Virus record (IMG/VR): IMGVR_UViG_3300025138_000019
DNA: 64,000 bases
Direction: 5' to 3' (one strand)
Source of the DNA: an uncultured virus (IMG/VR IMGVR_UViG_3300025138_000019)
Lineage: Duplodnaviria; Heunggongvirae; Uroviricota; Caudoviricetes
The notes under the pieces were generated by a model. The model searched no databases. It was not told the origin of the DNA and was given only the letters and a program-made list of their open reading frames with translations. This document shows, piece after piece, positions 27,791-37,187 of this stretch. Position 1 is the first letter of the stretch. The number at the start of each line of letters is the position of its first letter. The position numbers were made by a program, and so were the translations under genes.

Positions 27791-28516
27791 CTATTTATTT
27801 ATAAGACACTTCCAACACTCAGGATATAGAGGTTGGATAAGTTCACCTATAACTCTTGCATATTCCCTGATTTCCCATTGTGCATGTTCATCAATTCTTT
27901 GGGCATAAAATCTGGCATATGCTGCAAGAGAACCAGTCCAGTACCATTCTGTGTACATTGCCTGTGGCAAAACAAACCGTGCTTGTTCTGGTGCAACACC
28001 TTCTTCGATCAATTGATCGTATGTGTACAGACACAATTCTAAAGCGTTCCCATAAGAGCGAACATTGTCACCCTTTATCGCAATAAACTCATCACTACCC
28101 TGCTTTGCACTGCCCTTGGGCTTTCCTCTCCATTGTGGTATATAGAAGTCAGGTTTAAATGAAACATAACGACGACTAATTTCATTCTCGACGAATCCCT
28201 GCTTATGCTTGAAGAACTGAGTGCGGATCGAGATCGGTGCCTTTATCCTTAATGTAATCTGTGGGTGGGCGAATGGTGTCCAATGATTGTGTTTAGCAAG
28301 ATAGTGGAGCAACTTCTTATCAGATCCTTTGAGTTTTTGTAAATCTTTTTGGTGGTAATTTGAACCAGATTTTTCCAATCTAGTCTTAGCATCCTCATCA
28401 ATTCCCCAATCAGTTTCCTTATTGAAAGAAACTCTTGCTGCGTTACAGACAGTCAGATCACTACCCATGTGATCAACTAAATCTACATAACCCTTATTAA
28501 GAACTTTGGACATCAT
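27791..28516 (-). CDS. thyX: FAD-dependent thymidylate synthase
   Basis: GSDLTVCNAARVSF...HWTPFAH...NEISRRY...APEQARFVLPQ...HAQWEIR. Confidence 0.95.
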   Translation of the reverse strand: MMSKVLNKGYVDLVDHMGSDLTVCNAARVSFNKETDWGIDEDAKTRLEKSGSNYHQKDLQKLKGSDKKLLHYLAKHNHWTPFAHPQITLRIKAPISIRTQFFKHKQGFVENEISRRYVSFKPDFYIPQWRGKPKGSAKQGSDEFIAIKGDNVRSYGNALELCLYTYDQLIEEGVAPEQARFVLPQAMYTEWYWTGSLAAYARFYAQRIDEHAQWEIREYARVIGELIQPLYPECWKCLINK

Positions 28517-29288
28517 AACTCCTTATTATCTTCATAGCTGCATCACCACTGAAAGTATTTTCAGTAATTATATCATGTATTTGTTCTTTGGTGTAACCAA
28601 AAATTAAGTCATTTATATCTTTATACTTTTTGAGTCCCTTGGGCCAAATAAATACTTTATGTCCCCACTCAACGAACTTACTATAGGCATAGTTTACTGG
28701 TGTGAATGATAATTGGTTATCAAACACAAAAACAATATCATCAAAAGGCAAATCAAGATATGGTGATGATTTGCAGTTTTTGAGAGACTGCATGTAAGTA
28801 CCACCAGATATCATTGTTTCTGGTGCTGCTATGGTACACTGTGCAACAGCATTATCCAATTGCATAGCATCGAACACACCCTCACAGATATAAACTGTTT
28901 TTTGAGGATCTATTCTCTCTATGTTATAGAATAAGGCTTGTTTAGTGTCAGTAGAGACACTTCTGTACTTATTATGAATATGGTTGTGTCCTAATGCTCT
29001 TCCCACAAAACAATGCAGTGTTCCATTTCGTTTTCTTGTTACCATTATGATTCGTTTTTCTTTTGGTAACAAACTTCCTTCAGGAAACATGAGTTGTTCC
29101 AGAAGAATATTATACGTATCTATCGAAACTCTTCTAAGAATTTCAAAAAAATCTTCCGTGTAAAAAATATCAACCCAACGATCAGTTGGGATTTTTCTTT
29201 TACTTAGATACGTTGTTATATTGTGATTTTCTGGTAAAGAAGTTACGGGTGTGAGAATATCAAGAAAATCATCTAAACTTTTTTCCAT
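28497..29288 (-). CDS. second gp61-like primase TOPRIM protein lacking the zinc-binding domain
   Basis: YLSKRKIP...VGRAL...VYICEGVFDA...VFDNQ...IWP...KDIND...ENTFSG parallels the upstream primase. Confidence 0.8.
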   Translation of the reverse strand: MEKSLDDFLDILTPVTSLPENHNITTYLSKRKIPTDRWVDIFYTEDFFEILRRVSIDTYNILLEQLMFPEGSLLPKEKRIIMVTRKRNGTLHCFVGRALGHNHIHNKYRSVSTDTKQALFYNIERIDPQKTVYICEGVFDAMQLDNAVAQCTIAAPETMISGGTYMQSLKNCKSSPYLDLPFDDIVFVFDNQLSFTPVNYAYSKFVEWGHKVFIWPKGLKKYKDINDLIFGYTKEQIHDIITENTFSGDAAMKIIRSYDVQSS

Positions 29289-30328
29289 TGTCTAAACCTC
29301 AAAGTTGCTTCTAGTCCACTGAAAGTATTTTCATCAATTATCTTTTTAATCTTTGATGGTTTTCTATTATATATCATATCGTTTATATCTTTTTCTTTGA
29401 TCTTATCTGGCCAGATACAAACGCTACAACCCTTTTCTATTAACCTGCTTATGTAATTGCAAATTTGTTTATTTCTTGGTTCGTTGTCAAGTGCATATAC
29501 AATTTCACTGTTCTCAAATCTAGGATGAACATTCTCTATCGCACCGGCTCCCACCATAGCTATACAGTTGTCCAAGAAAAGACTATCAAGAGGACCTTCT
29601 ACAACATAAACCTTTTTCTTTGGATCCGCTCTCCACATGCCATACCAAAGACGATCGATACTTTTATCTGCCTTAACAGTTATATACCTAGCGGTGGTTC
29701 TTGCTTTAGCTTCGTCTTTGAAGTTTAATGCTCTTCCCTGTGCTGCTACAAGATCACCATTTTTGTTGAAGAAAGGTATTATGAGTCTTTCTTCTTTGCC
29801 AACTGGCGCACAATCTGGATCAACTTTTCTCATCCATGAACCAAAATCAGAAGTGTAATATAAAATATCATAAAACTTCTTTGGAATTTTTCTCATCGAA
29901 ATAAATTTATAACCCACATGATCTTTGTCCAAGTCACATACTCTAGTCAAATCTTTTAGTAACTTTTGTTTGGGTTTGAATTTATTTTTCTTGAGCAAAG
30001 ATATCATTTCGTTTTCTCTTATTTTATCCGACTTATTTGTCTTCGATACATTTTTTTCTTTCCATGTCTCTACCGCATACTCTTTAATCAAAGACGGACT
30101 AACCTCCTTGATGAAGTTATATAAATTTGAAGAGTAACTACAATTATGACACTTTATTAAGAAAGCATTTTCTTTTTGATAAAAATACAATCTGGTCTTT
30201 GTTTTGTGTTTCTGGGAGTCACCACAAATTGGACATCTACAGTTTGCCAAATTCTCGCGTTTCCAAGAAAACTTATCCAAAGTTCCTGACAATATATTTA
30301 TAAATTTTTTATCGATGTAACTAGACAT
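29273..30328 (-). CDS. gp61: T4-like DNA primase
   Basis: NCRCPICGDS...KCHNC zinc finger; VVEGPLDS, LDNEPRN, KDINDM. Confidence 0.95.
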   Translation of the reverse strand: MSSYIDKKFINILSGTLDKFSWKRENLANCRCPICGDSQKHKTKTRLYFYQKENAFLIKCHNCSYSSNLYNFIKEVSPSLIKEYAVETWKEKNVSKTNKSDKIRENEMISLLKKNKFKPKQKLLKDLTRVCDLDKDHVGYKFISMRKIPKKFYDILYYTSDFGSWMRKVDPDCAPVGKEERLIIPFFNKNGDLVAAQGRALNFKDEAKARTTARYITVKADKSIDRLWYGMWRADPKKKVYVVEGPLDSLFLDNCIAMVGAGAIENVHPRFENSEIVYALDNEPRNKQICNYISRLIEKGCSVCIWPDKIKEKDINDMIYNRKPSKIKKIIDENTFSGLEATLRFRQWKKV

Positions 30329-31741
30329 TCATATCTTCCACTGACTGAATTTTTCTTTTCTTTGTGAGAACTTATCTTCAAAATTCTTACCATCAAAACC
30401 AGAACCCAAAGTTTGTTCCTCTGTCTGATTTGACATCAACAAACCATCTTGTTCATTTTTCTCGATGTCATATAGCTTCATCTTACCTCTGTTTATTCCA
30501 ACGATAAATTTCTTGTTAGAAAATACATCATTGTATCTGTTTTTCAATTGCTTAATCAAAATCTGATTTGATTCTTCTAACTCTTCTGTTGATATAAGAG
30601 CAAACATGAAATCTGCTGTCGCTGGCAAACCAAAAGACTCCGATGTGTCCTCTAGTCCAATATCAGTACTATTGAAACCACTACGGTTCACCTGTGTTGC
30701 AGAGAATATAGGAACAGATCTTTCTACTGCAAGACCTCTGAGTTCCTCTGCAATTGCTTTTATGTAAGTATAGGAGTTTACATTACCAGTATTCTTTAAT
30801 CTTGCTGATGCACAAATATTTAAGTAGTCAATAAAAACAATATCTGGTTTAAACTTCTTCTTTATCCAAAGTTCATCCAGCAAAGATCTAAAATGATTTG
30901 AATTTGCTGTTGCTGTAGGATACTCTTTGACTATGAGTTTTCCCTTAATATCACCAGAAAGCTTGTTTAGTTTTGACTGGTAGATCTGTTTCGGTAGATC
31001 TCTAACCTCATCAATTGTAATGTCAAACAAATTTGCATCAATTCTCTCTGCGATTCTTTCTTCTGCCATCTCACATGTAATATACAAAACATTTTGATTT
31101 TGTGATAAACAATTAGCTGCGTGGTGACAGAGGAAGAGAGATTTACCCACACCAGTTCCTGCCATGACTATATTCAAAGTCTTTTGGGGTGTACCTCCGT
31201 TTGTTATGGTATTGAAAAATTCCAAATCAAACGGAATTCTCTTTTCTACTTTATGGTAGAATTCAAATCTTTCGTTTGCATCTTCGAGGTAATCATGTCC
31301 GATGTGAACATCGAAAGAGACCGAAAGTGCGTCAGAGAGAATCTCTGGAATCGCATTTTCTGTTTGTGTTTGACTCTTCCCATCAATGATATGAATTGAT
31401 TGCATGATCGCATTATAAACCGCCTTGTCTTTACAAAAAGACTCGGTTTCTTTAGCTAACCACTCATTATCGGTGTCCTCATCAATACTCAGGTTAGACA
31501 CAATACCAGTTATGGTTTTAAATTTCTCTTCGTTTATATTCTTTTCTTTATCTGCTTGAATTAAGATAACTTCTGTTGTCGGAATATTACCATAATCTAA
31601 AATAAACTTTTGAATAATTTTGAAAACCGTTTTGTGGTCATGATCATGAAAATATTCTTCACTGATGAAAGGTATAACTTTTCGAGAATACGCTTCATTG
31701 TAAACTAAATTCGATAAAATTAATTCTTCAATCGTTTTCAT
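30329..31741 (-). CDS. gp41: T4-like replicative DNA helicase
   Basis: AGTGVGKS Walker A; EMAEERIAERIDAN; IDYLNIC; ESFGLPATAD. Confidence 0.96.
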   Translation of the reverse strand: MKTIEELILSNLVYNEAYSRKVIPFISEEYFHDHDHKTVFKIIQKFILDYGNIPTTEVILIQADKEKNINEEKFKTITGIVSNLSIDEDTDNEWLAKETESFCKDKAVYNAIMQSIHIIDGKSQTQTENAIPEILSDALSVSFDVHIGHDYLEDANERFEFYHKVEKRIPFDLEFFNTITNGGTPQKTLNIVMAGTGVGKSLFLCHHAANCLSQNQNVLYITCEMAEERIAERIDANLFDITIDEVRDLPKQIYQSKLNKLSGDIKGKLIVKEYPTATANSNHFRSLLDELWIKKKFKPDIVFIDYLNICASARLKNTGNVNSYTYIKAIAEELRGLAVERSVPIFSATQVNRSGFNSTDIGLEDTSESFGLPATADFMFALISTEELEESNQILIKQLKNRYNDVFSNKKFIVGINRGKMKLYDIEKNEQDGLLMSNQTEEQTLGSGFDGKNFEDKFSQRKEKFSQWKI

Positions 31742-32783
31742 TTATTTCCTCTGTGGAGTCCTCAACATCTTTACTATTTCCATAACAAAATTCTTTGCCG
31801 ACTGCGACTTCTAGTTTTTCCATGATGTCTGGAGTGAAATACTTTTCAGGATCTTTATAGATTGCTTTCTCATAAGCTTTCCTTCCATCAGGAAATTCTA
31901 TCCTAGTAGAAACCTTCTTCAGTATACCATGTTTTATAGCAATGTCAACCAATCCATAGTAAGGATGTAGTCCAGTTTCATAATTAAGCATTACGTCAAT
32001 CATAGAATTTTCTTTTGTGAATCTACTCTTGAATAACTTACAGTGAATGATGTTTCCGATTACGTCTGTTCCTTCTTTCACCTTCTTCTTTGAAAGATAT
32101 ACAATGGTAGAAGCGGCATACTTGAGACCAGAACCACCACCCATAGTTTTTGTGGGGAACATAGAACCCACCACATCATACGTATGGTTTGTCATGATCA
32201 TCGGAATTCCTGCTTTACCCAGCTTCAAAGTTAAAACTCTAAATGTAGATTTGACAAGTTGTGCTCGTGTCATATCACGAGTTCCTTTTCCTTCTGCCGT
32301 GTCAGTCATTTCTTTCTCGGTAGAAAGCATACCAAGGGAATCGAGAACAATCATAACAGGTTTCTTTTCTTTGTTCTCTATGTAATTATCTGCGATTGAT
32401 ATTGCCTGATGTCTAAATCTTTCTACAGTCGCTACTGGAAAAACAGCAACCCTATTCGGATCGATTCCTCGTTCAGCAAACATGTTACTTGTAACGGCCT
32501 GCTCACTATCAAAATAAAGTACGACACTATCAGGATTGCTGTTAAGAAACTTAGAAACAATACCAAGAGCAAAATAAGTTTTTCCAGTCGAGGACTCACC
32601 TGCGAGAGCCGTGATTTTATTGTCTGGAATACCTCCGTATAGAGATCCACTAACGAGACTATTAAAAGAAAAGCTACCAGTATCACAAAATCCTCGTACA
32701 TCAGATCCCTCTATCCCTTTGCTTGCAATAGTTGCATATTCATTACCCGACTCTTTCACTAAATTATTCAAAAATTCTGACAT
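31728..32783 (-). CDS. uvsX: RecA-like recombinase
   Basis: AGESSTGKT; DSLGMLST; DMTRAQ; MGGGSGLKYAAS. Confidence 0.95.
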   Translation of the reverse strand: MSEFLNNLVKESGNEYATIASKGIEGSDVRGFCDTGSFSFNSLVSGSLYGGIPDNKITALAGESSTGKTYFALGIVSKFLNSNPDSVVLYFDSEQAVTSNMFAERGIDPNRVAVFPVATVERFRHQAISIADNYIENKEKKPVMIVLDSLGMLSTEKEMTDTAEGKGTRDMTRAQLVKSTFRVLTLKLGKAGIPMIMTNHTYDVVGSMFPTKTMGGGSGLKYAASTIVYLSKKKVKEGTDVIGNIIHCKLFKSRFTKENSMIDVMLNYETGLHPYYGLVDIAIKHGILKKVSTRIEFPDGRKAYEKAIYKDPEKYFTPDIMEKLEVAVGKEFCYGNSKDVEDSTEEINEND

Positions 32784-32792
32784 ACTGTCTCC

Positions 32793-32975
32793 TCAAGTAG
32801 ACTTTAATTCCAAGATGATTTCATTCAATTTTTTAGAAACATCCAACTCAACTTCTATTGATTGTAAATTGGATGTCTCATCTAACATTTTACTCTTAAT
32901 AAACTTTTTTTTCTTATCAGTTATGTCACTCAAAAAATCTGCCAAAAATGAACTTTGTTCTTTTGTTAGTGCCAT
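32793..32975 (-). CDS. hypothetical protein
   Basis: 60-aa ORF between gp43 and uvsX; AAGGA RBS. Confidence 0.6.
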   Translation of the reverse strand: MALTKEQSSFLADFLSDITDKKKKFIKSKMLDETSNLQSIEVELDVSKKLNEIILELKST

Positions 32976-32984
32976 AATATCCTT

Positions 32985-35531
32985 TCAACAAAATAAACTT
33001 TCCAATGTAGATTTCTTCTCAAAGTCCCAATTAATGACAGTCAAAATCTTCATAATTGGATCAAGAAAAGCAACTTCGAACTGCTTATTATAATCGACAA
33101 ATCTGTGAAGATCAAGCTCTTTCGGTAGAGAATTTACAAAAGAAATAACCTTATCACCTTTAGGACCAGAGATAGGATTTGGTTCTTTCAGGTAAGTAAA
33201 CTTAACCTTCTCACCCTCCACAATGAGATTGTACTTTCTATCTAATTTTTTACTCTTGATGTAATGATTATACAAAAGTGCTCCCTTCACTGCAATCGGA
33301 GTTCCTTTGGAATAAATCTCTGAAGAACTTCTATACTTTTCTAAGTTAGAAACACCACGAGGAAATGAAACCTCCTCCGGATCCAATCCATTGAATTCCT
33401 TTCTAAATTTAGCTATGAAAGATTGAACAGTAGTCTCATCAGTCAACATGATCAGTGATATTGCTTTCTTGAGTTTCTCGCGGACTATTGCTGGTGTAGA
33501 AGAACGTGTGGTTTCTATACCCATGATTTTAAGTTTAGGCTCTGTGTATCGAATCCCCTCATTATCTAAGACATTAAGCATGTACCTTTTCTTTGCAGTC
33601 CAGATTCCCTTGTCTGCAATACACTCTCGTTCCATGATCATCTTGTTATCATAAGCATTCATTAACTTTGCAAGTTCATCGTACTGTTTCTCGATGAATG
33701 GAAGAATTATTTCTTGTGATGCTTTGTCGAGAAATTCCACGATCTCTGACTTGGTTTTCCCACCACACACCTTGTCAACAAGATTGCAAAGGCGAAGATA
33801 TACAGAATCGGTATCACTTGCAACCACATAATCGTAATTCTCCGTACCAATTGTTTTGTTCAAAAATTCATTTAGTTTGTTTGCTATCCATCGAATACTA
33901 AGTTGTCCGGATGTTGTAATTGCTTCTGCCATTTGAACATCATAATAACGAAAGTATTGGTTACCAATCGCACCATAAGCTGAGTTAAGTTGAATTTTTC
34001 TAACCAGTTGGAAGTTGTGATACTTGGCAATCTCGAAGTCAATACTTTGATCATCGGGATTTTTTTGTTTCTTTTTCTGTGCTTCGATCATCAATTTCTT
34101 GTAGTGCTTACGTTCTTTGTACATTTTCTCCATGAGCGCAGGCAAGAATCCTTGATGCTGTTTTGTGTAACATGTACCATTAGCAGCAACAGAATATCCC
34201 ATAGACTTAAACTTTTCTAGTTTTTTATGACAACCGTGATGATAAGTTTCTGGTGATGTCTTCAAAATATTATCCACACTTATGCCAAAAGTATCTTCAC
34301 CCGGATAGACTTTGGTTTCTGTACTGATATTATATTGCATGATAAGGTGAGGATACAGACTGTTCAAGTCCAAAGAAACGATCCATTCATGCTGTCCGAC
34401 AATGGGATCCTTAACATATGCACCAACATACTGATCATCTTTATTGCCCTCCTTTTTCGGAGGAATAATTACATTGTGACTACGAAGATAATGATATATG
34501 ATTTGATCCCAAGTTCTAACTTGAGAAAATACATCTTCGTAATTTACCTTCGCAGAGTATGCGAGTGCCATCGCAAGTTCAATTAGCTTCAACTTCTCCT
34601 CTAGTCTTTGAACTAGACGAACATCTTTGACATTATACTCAACAAATTTTTGGAAATCTTTTTTATAGAAATCTTTGATGGAATCGAATTCAGAATATGA
34701 AAGCTTTCTCTCTCCCAGTTCCACAAAAGCAATATGATCGAGACGATATGATTCTTGATTTACATAGGTAAACGTCTTGTACAAATCAAGGTAATCTAGA
34801 ATGGAAACACCCAGTATCTGAAAAGTTGTGTGCTTCTTACCTTGTCTTTCGATTTGCTTCTCTCGTATCTTTTTCCAAGGTGAAAGCCTAGAAGATTCCA
34901 CAGGACCCAAAACTCTCTGTATTCTTTGAACGAGATAGGGGATGTCGAAAAACTTTATGTTCCACCCGGTTATAGCATGTGGACAATTTTTCTCCCACAC
35001 AGATATAAACGAATTCAATAATTCAGTTTCATTATCAGAGACGAAGACTTCTAAATTTTCTTCATCTGGTAGTTCGTAATGTTTAGATCCAAAAACAAAT
35101 GTCTTTTCATTTACTGTAAATGTTATCGCTATGACTTCTTCATTTGGATCGTCTATGTCGGGGAAACCATCTTCACATGTTGTTTCAATATCAATATAAG
35201 CAATAGGAATTTTTGAAAAATCATAAGGAACTTCATTAGGAAAACTATCTCCTATGAATTGATAAACATAATCAGTGTTTCCATAAATTTTAAAATTACC
35301 AACACCCTTGTATTGTTCTACAAATCTTCTACAGTCGGTAACATAGCCAGGCTGGAAAGGTTCTACATATTCACCTGCTAGTGTTTTGTATTCTGTCTTG
35401 TTTTCGAGAGATGGAACAAACAGAGTTGGTCTATACTTGTCAACTTTTTTTACAGGGACACCATTTTTAATTCCTCTGTATAAAATTCCATCACCAACTA
35501 AAGAAACATTTGTATAGAAAGTTTCATTCAC
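32985..35531 (-). CDS. gp43: family B DNA polymerase
   Basis: DIET exonuclease I motif; DLNSLYP; KIQLNSAYG; SDTDS; KKRY; no intein. Confidence 0.97.
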   Translation of the reverse strand: MNETFYTNVSLVGDGILYRGIKNGVPVKKVDKYRPTLFVPSLENKTEYKTLAGEYVEPFQPGYVTDCRRFVEQYKGVGNFKIYGNTDYVYQFIGDSFPNEVPYDFSKIPIAYIDIETTCEDGFPDIDDPNEEVIAITFTVNEKTFVFGSKHYELPDEENLEVFVSDNETELLNSFISVWEKNCPHAITGWNIKFFDIPYLVQRIQRVLGPVESSRLSPWKKIREKQIERQGKKHTTFQILGVSILDYLDLYKTFTYVNQESYRLDHIAFVELGERKLSYSEFDSIKDFYKKDFQKFVEYNVKDVRLVQRLEEKLKLIELAMALAYSAKVNYEDVFSQVRTWDQIIYHYLRSHNVIIPPKKEGNKDDQYVGAYVKDPIVGQHEWIVSLDLNSLYPHLIMQYNISTETKVYPGEDTFGISVDNILKTSPETYHHGCHKKLEKFKSMGYSVAANGTCYTKQHQGFLPALMEKMYKERKHYKKLMIEAQKKKQKNPDDQSIDFEIAKYHNFQLVRKIQLNSAYGAIGNQYFRYYDVQMAEAITTSGQLSIRWIANKLNEFLNKTIGTENYDYVVASDTDSVYLRLCNLVDKVCGGKTKSEIVEFLDKASQEIILPFIEKQYDELAKLMNAYDNKMIMERECIADKGIWTAKKRYMLNVLDNEGIRYTEPKLKIMGIETTRSSTPAIVREKLKKAISLIMLTDETTVQSFIAKFRKEFNGLDPEEVSFPRGVSNLEKYRSSSEIYSKGTPIAVKGALLYNHYIKSKKLDRKYNLIVEGEKVKFTYLKEPNPISGPKGDKVISFVNSLPKELDLHRFVDYNKQFEVAFLDPIMKILTVINWDFEKKSTLESLFC

Positions 35532-35850
35532 TATCTTTATCCTTAACGTAAGCAGCCAAAAGAACCATGTAATTTATTACATCAACTATTGTATCAGAAA
35601 AACTCTCATCTTCAACATGCATTTTTCCTGATTTGAGGAAAGAACTCAACCTACTCATCTTGTCGGTAACTCTAACCATAAAACCTTGTTCAGTTTCACA
35701 TATACCCATAGATTCACATCGGGTAAAATTTGCAAATGGTTCGGTTCCATCATTGCCTGCATAATCTCTATTTTTAAGATTCATCAGATCTCTAGCAGTT
35801 CCACAAATTTCTTCATGAAATTTTAGTAATTCGTCACGATTCATATTCAT
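35524..35850 (-). CDS. nucleotide-modification-associated (Nmad1/DUF1599-like) alpha-helical protein
   Basis: KNRDYAG...FANF...DKMSRL...DESFSDTIVDVINY. Confidence 0.7.
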   Translation of the reverse strand: MNMNRDELLKFHEEICGTARDLMNLKNRDYAGNDGTEPFANFTRCESMGICETEQGFMVRVTDKMSRLSSFLKSGKMHVEDESFSDTIVDVINYMVLLAAYVKDKDSE

Positions 35851-36416
35851 ACTCCTGTAGATCCAAACCCACCCTTCCGGTTGGTTTTTTGATTTTTTGG
35901 TTTTGCTTCTGTGTAAGTTATAAGACTTATTTCATTATATGGTTTTGTAATTTCAAGTTGTGCAATCCTATCACCATGTGTAATGACAAATGGAATGTTT
36001 GTGGTGTTGTATAAGGGGACAAGCAATTCATTGCAATAGTCTGAATCAATAACACCTTCTGCATTTATCAAAGTAACACCATTTTTCCATGCGTTACCTG
36101 ATCGAGGGTGGATTCTACCAGAGAAACCAGCGGGAATATCCAATACCATACCAGTTGGAATCAACGCACGACATTTGGGTCCGAGTTGGAAAGTGGTTAC
36201 AGGATCATCACTCATGAATGTAACTTCGGGGATTGTTTCATGTGGTTGATTATAAGAATCAAACCAATTTATTGATCGGATTGTTGGGGGGATATCTTCA
36301 GCAAGAACAGGTCCACGCATGTGTGCATGAACATCAAAACAAGCAGCACCTTCACTGCCCTTTTTTACTTGTATCACATTCGAATACAATTTGTATATTT
36401 TCATAGTCTCTGACAT
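35847..36416 (-). CDS. dut: dUTPase
   Basis: AACFD, PRSG, GVIDSDY, GDRIAQ, RKGGFGSTG motifs. Confidence 0.95.
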   Translation of the reverse strand: MSETMKIYKLYSNVIQVKKGSEGAACFDVHAHMRGPVLAEDIPPTIRSINWFDSYNQPHETIPEVTFMSDDPVTTFQLGPKCRALIPTGMVLDIPAGFSGRIHPRSGNAWKNGVTLINAEGVIDSDYCNELLVPLYNTTNIPFVITHGDRIAQLEITKPYNEISLITYTEAKPKNQKTNRKGGFGSTGV

Positions 36417-36446
36417 AAGTATAGAATCTCCACATGGTTTATATGA

Positions 36447-36475
36447 ATTATACGGTAAAAAAGTTATGTTGTCAA
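36447..36475 (-). promoter_or_regulatory. consensus sigma70 promoter for the dut-gp43-uvsX-gp41-gp61 operon
   Basis: TTGACA (36475-36470)-N17-TATAAT (36452-36447). Confidence 0.85.
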
Positions 36476-36487
36476 GTTATTTTGCTA

Positions 36488-36706
36488 CTAACCTTCATCG
36501 ACTGGGGTTGGATCGTAAGCAATAGTTTTGATGGTTTCTGCATTTGCCAACAGACCAGTCGCAGTAGCTACCAAAGCGTCGATCAACTGAGTGTCTAGAT
36601 CAGTTTTAGGTGCTTCTTCTTTAAAGTTGTATGCGATGGCTTCAAGCCTCGATTGCATCTTATTGACATCTGCAATAAGAGCGGCGTAGTGTTGGATATT
36701 AATCAT
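36488..36706 (-). CDS. hypothetical protein
   Basis: 72-aa ORF with AAGGA RBS, last gene of the fibre operon. Confidence 0.65.
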   Translation of the reverse strand: MINIQHYAALIADVNKMQSRLEAIAYNFKEEAPKTDLDTQLIDALVATATGLLANAETIKTIAYDPTPVDEG

Positions 36707-36719
36707 TGGATATTCCTTA

Positions 36720-37187
36720 TCAGAAAGTTAATGTAACGGTAATGGTGATATTATCAGTGTCGTCTAGACCATTTGCTTCCCAAAAAGTTTGAGCAGCGTT
36801 GCTGGATGTTGCCATATCAATTCTAGGTCTTGCATCTTGACCACCTATACTAATAGATTCTGCGGTATACGTATTAGATCCAACAGTCAATGTAGCAGAA
36901 GTAATATTATTACCAATTGCTGTTTTTGATCCGTATAAATCTGACGTAGTGTCCGAGTTGTTCATTTTGAATCTGATCAGATTTGAGTTGGCTAATTGGA
37001 ATTGGGCACTTGTGTCAAACGGAGCGAACTGATCGGCAAGATCTCCGCTTTCTGTTCCTGTGCTGTCCTGATTTCTGTTCTCGGGGCTGGCGGAGCCTTT
37101 GGAGACCGTGCGACTCGTCGCGACGACATATATGTACTGCGGATCCGTTGACTGTGTAGGAAAAAATAACCAGCGTGGAGGAGTCAT
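36720..37187 (-). CDS. putative tail-fibre-associated protein
   Basis: ATGA overlap with the fibre gene; Ser/Thr-rich beta-type sequence. Confidence 0.6.
   Translation of the reverse strand: MTPPRWLFFPTQSTDPQYIYVVATSRTVSKGSASPENRNQDSTGTESGDLADQFAPFDTSAQFQLANSNLIRFKMNNSDTTSDLYGSKTAIGNNITSATLTVGSNTYTAESISIGGQDARPRIDMATSSNAAQTFWEANGLDDTDNITITVTLTF

Noticed and set aside
20144..35531. Inteins, introns or stop-codon reassignment in core genes
   Set aside because: nrdJ, thyX, gp61, gp41, uvsX and gp43 are all of normal length and uninterrupted in the standard code
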